Assembly (NCBI GenBank): GCA_030167145.1
Contig: CP126532.1
Location: 2,760,001-2,792,000, forward strand
DNA length: 32,000 nucleotides
From: Ktedonobacterales bacterium
GTDB lineage: Bacteria > Chloroflexota > Ktedonobacteria > Ktedonobacterales > JADMIN01
Direction of reading: 5' to 3'
Shown: piece by piece, positions 30,159 through 32,000 of the stretch
How positions within the stretch are numbered: the stretch's first letter is position 1
Layout: every line of letters starts with the position of its first letter
Notes under the pieces: model-generated
What the model was told of the DNA's origin: nothing
Databases searched by the model: none
The model's input: only the letters and a program-made list of their open reading frames with translations
Made by a program: the position numbers and the translations under genes

Positions 30159-31004
30159 CTAGACGGATATGGGCAACTGACTCGTGTAGTATACATGCCC
30201 ATCAACACCTACCACGTGATCTTTGCCATCTGCACCTGGAACCAGCCAAACCGGATCACCAGCATATTCTCCGCCCGATACCCACACGATTTTTCCCGTT
30301 TGTTGGGCATAGGCGTTGACGGGGAAATAGACGAGTTGGGGTTGGGCGGAGGCGCGAAGAGAGGTGTGATGCTGCGCCATTACCGCAGCCGTAGCATCCT
30401 GCGCGGACATGCGAGCGATGACGTTGTGAGGATGCGGCTTGGTGTAGGTCACGATTGCCTGGACGAGAATCGCGGTGCTGTTTGGGTTCAGCTCAAGTTC
30501 CGCAGCGCCAATCGTTGCCCCGGATGTGTCATTCACTGGGATAACGTAGAAATTCGGCATCGCGTATTTGCCAGAACTCACCAGACAGCGGACAAAGAGC
30601 GGCGGGCCGAGGTGGGAAAGATCCTTGATATAGTCGCCGCCCCCTGAGCGATCTACATTGAAGAGCGGACTCTGGCGCGCGGCTGCAATGATGTCGGCTG
30701 GCGAATGAGACTTCAAGGTAATCCACCTGGCGGTTGTTGGACATGCTGGCAGACCAGCTGTGCCACAGGTATCCTGGGTGGGACCCTGACTCATCACTCC
30801 GCTAGCTAGCCCTGATGGTGAACCGTGGCCCGAAGCTGAGGCTGTCGAGAGATTGTGTGCGACGATGCCAATCGTACCGAGCGTGAATACCATTGCCGCT
30901 GCTAAAACTACAAAGGCGAAGTTGCCTGCGGTATGCTTCAGGTTCCGCTGTAGCTTGGAACCGCGCTTGGATTGCCGTCTTGCGGTACGTGCTGACACTT
31001 TCAT
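30159..31004 (-). CDS. Membrane-anchored extracytoplasmic protein, tentatively two PepSY-like repeats
   Basis: ATG at 31004 after GAGAGGAGAAAC. Basic N-terminus plus TM (FAFVVLAAAMVFTLGTIGIV). Two segments start with a 'sxxDaiaAa'-like motif (SPADIIAAARQ, SAQDATAAVMA) and each is followed by beta-rich YxxPV/VYFPV patterns. The family call is a weak inference. Confidence 0.45.
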   Translation of the reverse strand: MKVSARTARRQSKRGSKLQRNLKHTAGNFAFVVLAAAMVFTLGTIGIVAHNLSTASASGHGSPSGLASGVMSQGPTQDTCGTAGLPACPTTARWITLKSHSPADIIAAARQSPLFNVDRSGGGDYIKDLSHLGPPLFVRCLVSSGKYAMPNFYVIPVNDTSGATIGAAELELNPNSTAILVQAIVTYTKPHPHNVIARMSAQDATAAVMAQHHTSLRASAQPQLVYFPVNAYAQQTGKIVWVSGGEYAGDPVWLVPGADGKDHVVGVDGHVYYTSQLPISV

Positions 31005-31056
31005 GCGATGTTTCTCCTCTCTGATGCGCTTACCGTTTCCTTTTTGCTGGGGTGGC

Positions 31057-32000
31057 TTACTCGTAGAGTATTTGTTGTCCATTGATCGAGTTGTAAGCCC
31101 AATCTGGACTCCACTGCCCATTGGTGTAGTTGTTATCCAGCCGGATCCAAGTGAAGCCGCCGTACCAATGCTTTTTGCCCGCGCCTGCATAAGGGCCAAC
31201 GGAAGGCTCAGGGTCGAACGTGTTAAGGCCATCGCCCACTGCGTATTTATCACCGTAGTAGAGCGACCAGAGCGAGTATGTGCCAAACTGGTTGCCTAGC
31301 CCGCTACCGTAGTTGCCTCCGGCCCACACACTGTAGTCTATCTCTTCGCGGTCACTACTATAGTCCCCTTCTGGATCGCGGTAGACCAACCCCTGAATCT
31401 GTGCGGGAAAGCTCGTCATCGGATCAGTCGCAGACCACAGGCCAGTGACCAGGACTAAGTGCATACCACCGTTGATAGCTACGCTCACCGGTTCGCTGTA
31501 CTGTTCGAGCGCGACCCCCAACTTCGTTGTCGCTTCGAGTACCTGCTGGCTGAAAGGCGGGGGTATTTGGCCAGCATGCGCGAAGGTCCAGCGATAGATG
31601 TAATCGTGATAGAAGGTGTTAGCGATCGTGTAGTTCCATGCCATGTAGGCCACAGAACGTGGATCGGTGCCGCCATCAGGAGCAATGTTGGTATAGCCAG
31701 CCCACGTATTTTTGGGGGTTGCGTAACCCCACTGGCTTTCACCACTCGTTTGTGTCTGATTGTTGTGCTCAACAGTGGTTTGAGCTGACGAGTTGGTGAA
31801 TGGTTGGGTTTGACCTTTGTTGATGGAATCGTAGTTCGCCATTGCAATAGCGTTCTCGACGCCACAGGCGTTGCTGCCAGGTGCTTGTGGCCAAATCCCA
31901 TTGTCGATGGATTCGATCATGATATTCGACAATGCCCCATACCATGCGCCTGTGCAGCCATGACATGCAGCATGCGCTACTGGATTGGGTGATAACCAAG
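31057..32000 (-). CDS. Papain-fold (C39-like) cysteine peptidase candidate, 5' end beyond the window
   Basis: The frame stays open from 31932 to the window edge (...WLSPNPVAHAACHGCTGAWYGALSNIMIES...), so the ORF-track TTG start is probably internal. Candidate Gln/Cys WPQAPGSNACG and His GGMHLVLVTG arrangement. TAA at 31057-31059. Confidence 0.45.
   Translation of the reverse strand, partial: WLSPNPVAHAACHGCTGAWYGALSNIMIESIDNGIWPQAPGSNACGVENAIAMANYDSINKGQTQPFTNSSAQTTVEHNNQTQTSGESQWGYATPKNTWAGYTNIAPDGGTDPRSVAYMAWNYTIANTFYHDYIYRWTFAHAGQIPPPFSQQVLEATTKLGVALEQYSEPVSVAINGGMHLVLVTGLWSATDPMTSFPAQIQGLVYRDPEGDYSSDREEIDYSVWAGGNYGSGLGNQFGTYSLWSLYYGDKYAVGDGLNTFDPEPSVGPYAGAGKKHWYGGFTWIRLDNNYTNGQWSPDWAYNSINGQQILYE

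Overview
High-GC bacterial chromosomal window. Hand counts of single 60-nt lines give about 67-77% GC in core genes and about 47-57% in the last 3 kb. No taxon can be assigned without a database search. The 16S sequence and gene content suggest a Chloroflexota-like organism, but this is inference only. The centre is one rRNA operon on the + strand: a long leader with tandem promoters, 16S, a 349-bp spacer with no tRNA, 23S, and a strong intrinsic terminator. No 5S rRNA was found. Left of the operon lie: an intact IS481-family IS that has split a perfect palindromic hairpin; a two-domain GNAT; an AhpD/CMD-family gene with an in-frame TGA at the second Cys of its CxYC redox motif (selenocysteine candidate or pseudogene); a two-HKD phospholipase-D-family gene; an AMP-forming acyl-CoA synthetase; and two start/stop-overlapping GT-C-type membrane glycosyltransferase-like genes. 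One GT-C gene carries 11 perfect 15-bp tandem repeats. The other carries two in-frame copies of a 27-bp palindromic repeat that also occurs in intergenic DNA. Right of the operon lie: an R3H/SpoIIIAA-like ATPase, a secreted beta-lactamase-fold protein, a TerC/YjbE-type membrane protein, MarR, an unknown ORF, and an isolated ftsQ-ftsA-ftsZ cluster on the minus strand whose FtsZ has a C-terminal tail of roughly 210 aa. The window ends with a lower-GC block encoding a BNR/Asp-box lipoprotein, a membrane-anchored PepSY-like protein and a papain-fold peptidase that runs off the window edge. I found no CRISPR array, tRNA, or recognisable defence or toxin system. The most unusual signals are the CHY-TGA motif with a SECIS-like hairpin, the dispersed hairpin repeat that has entered a coding region and the ftsA-ftsZ spacer, and the lower-GC secreted-protein block.
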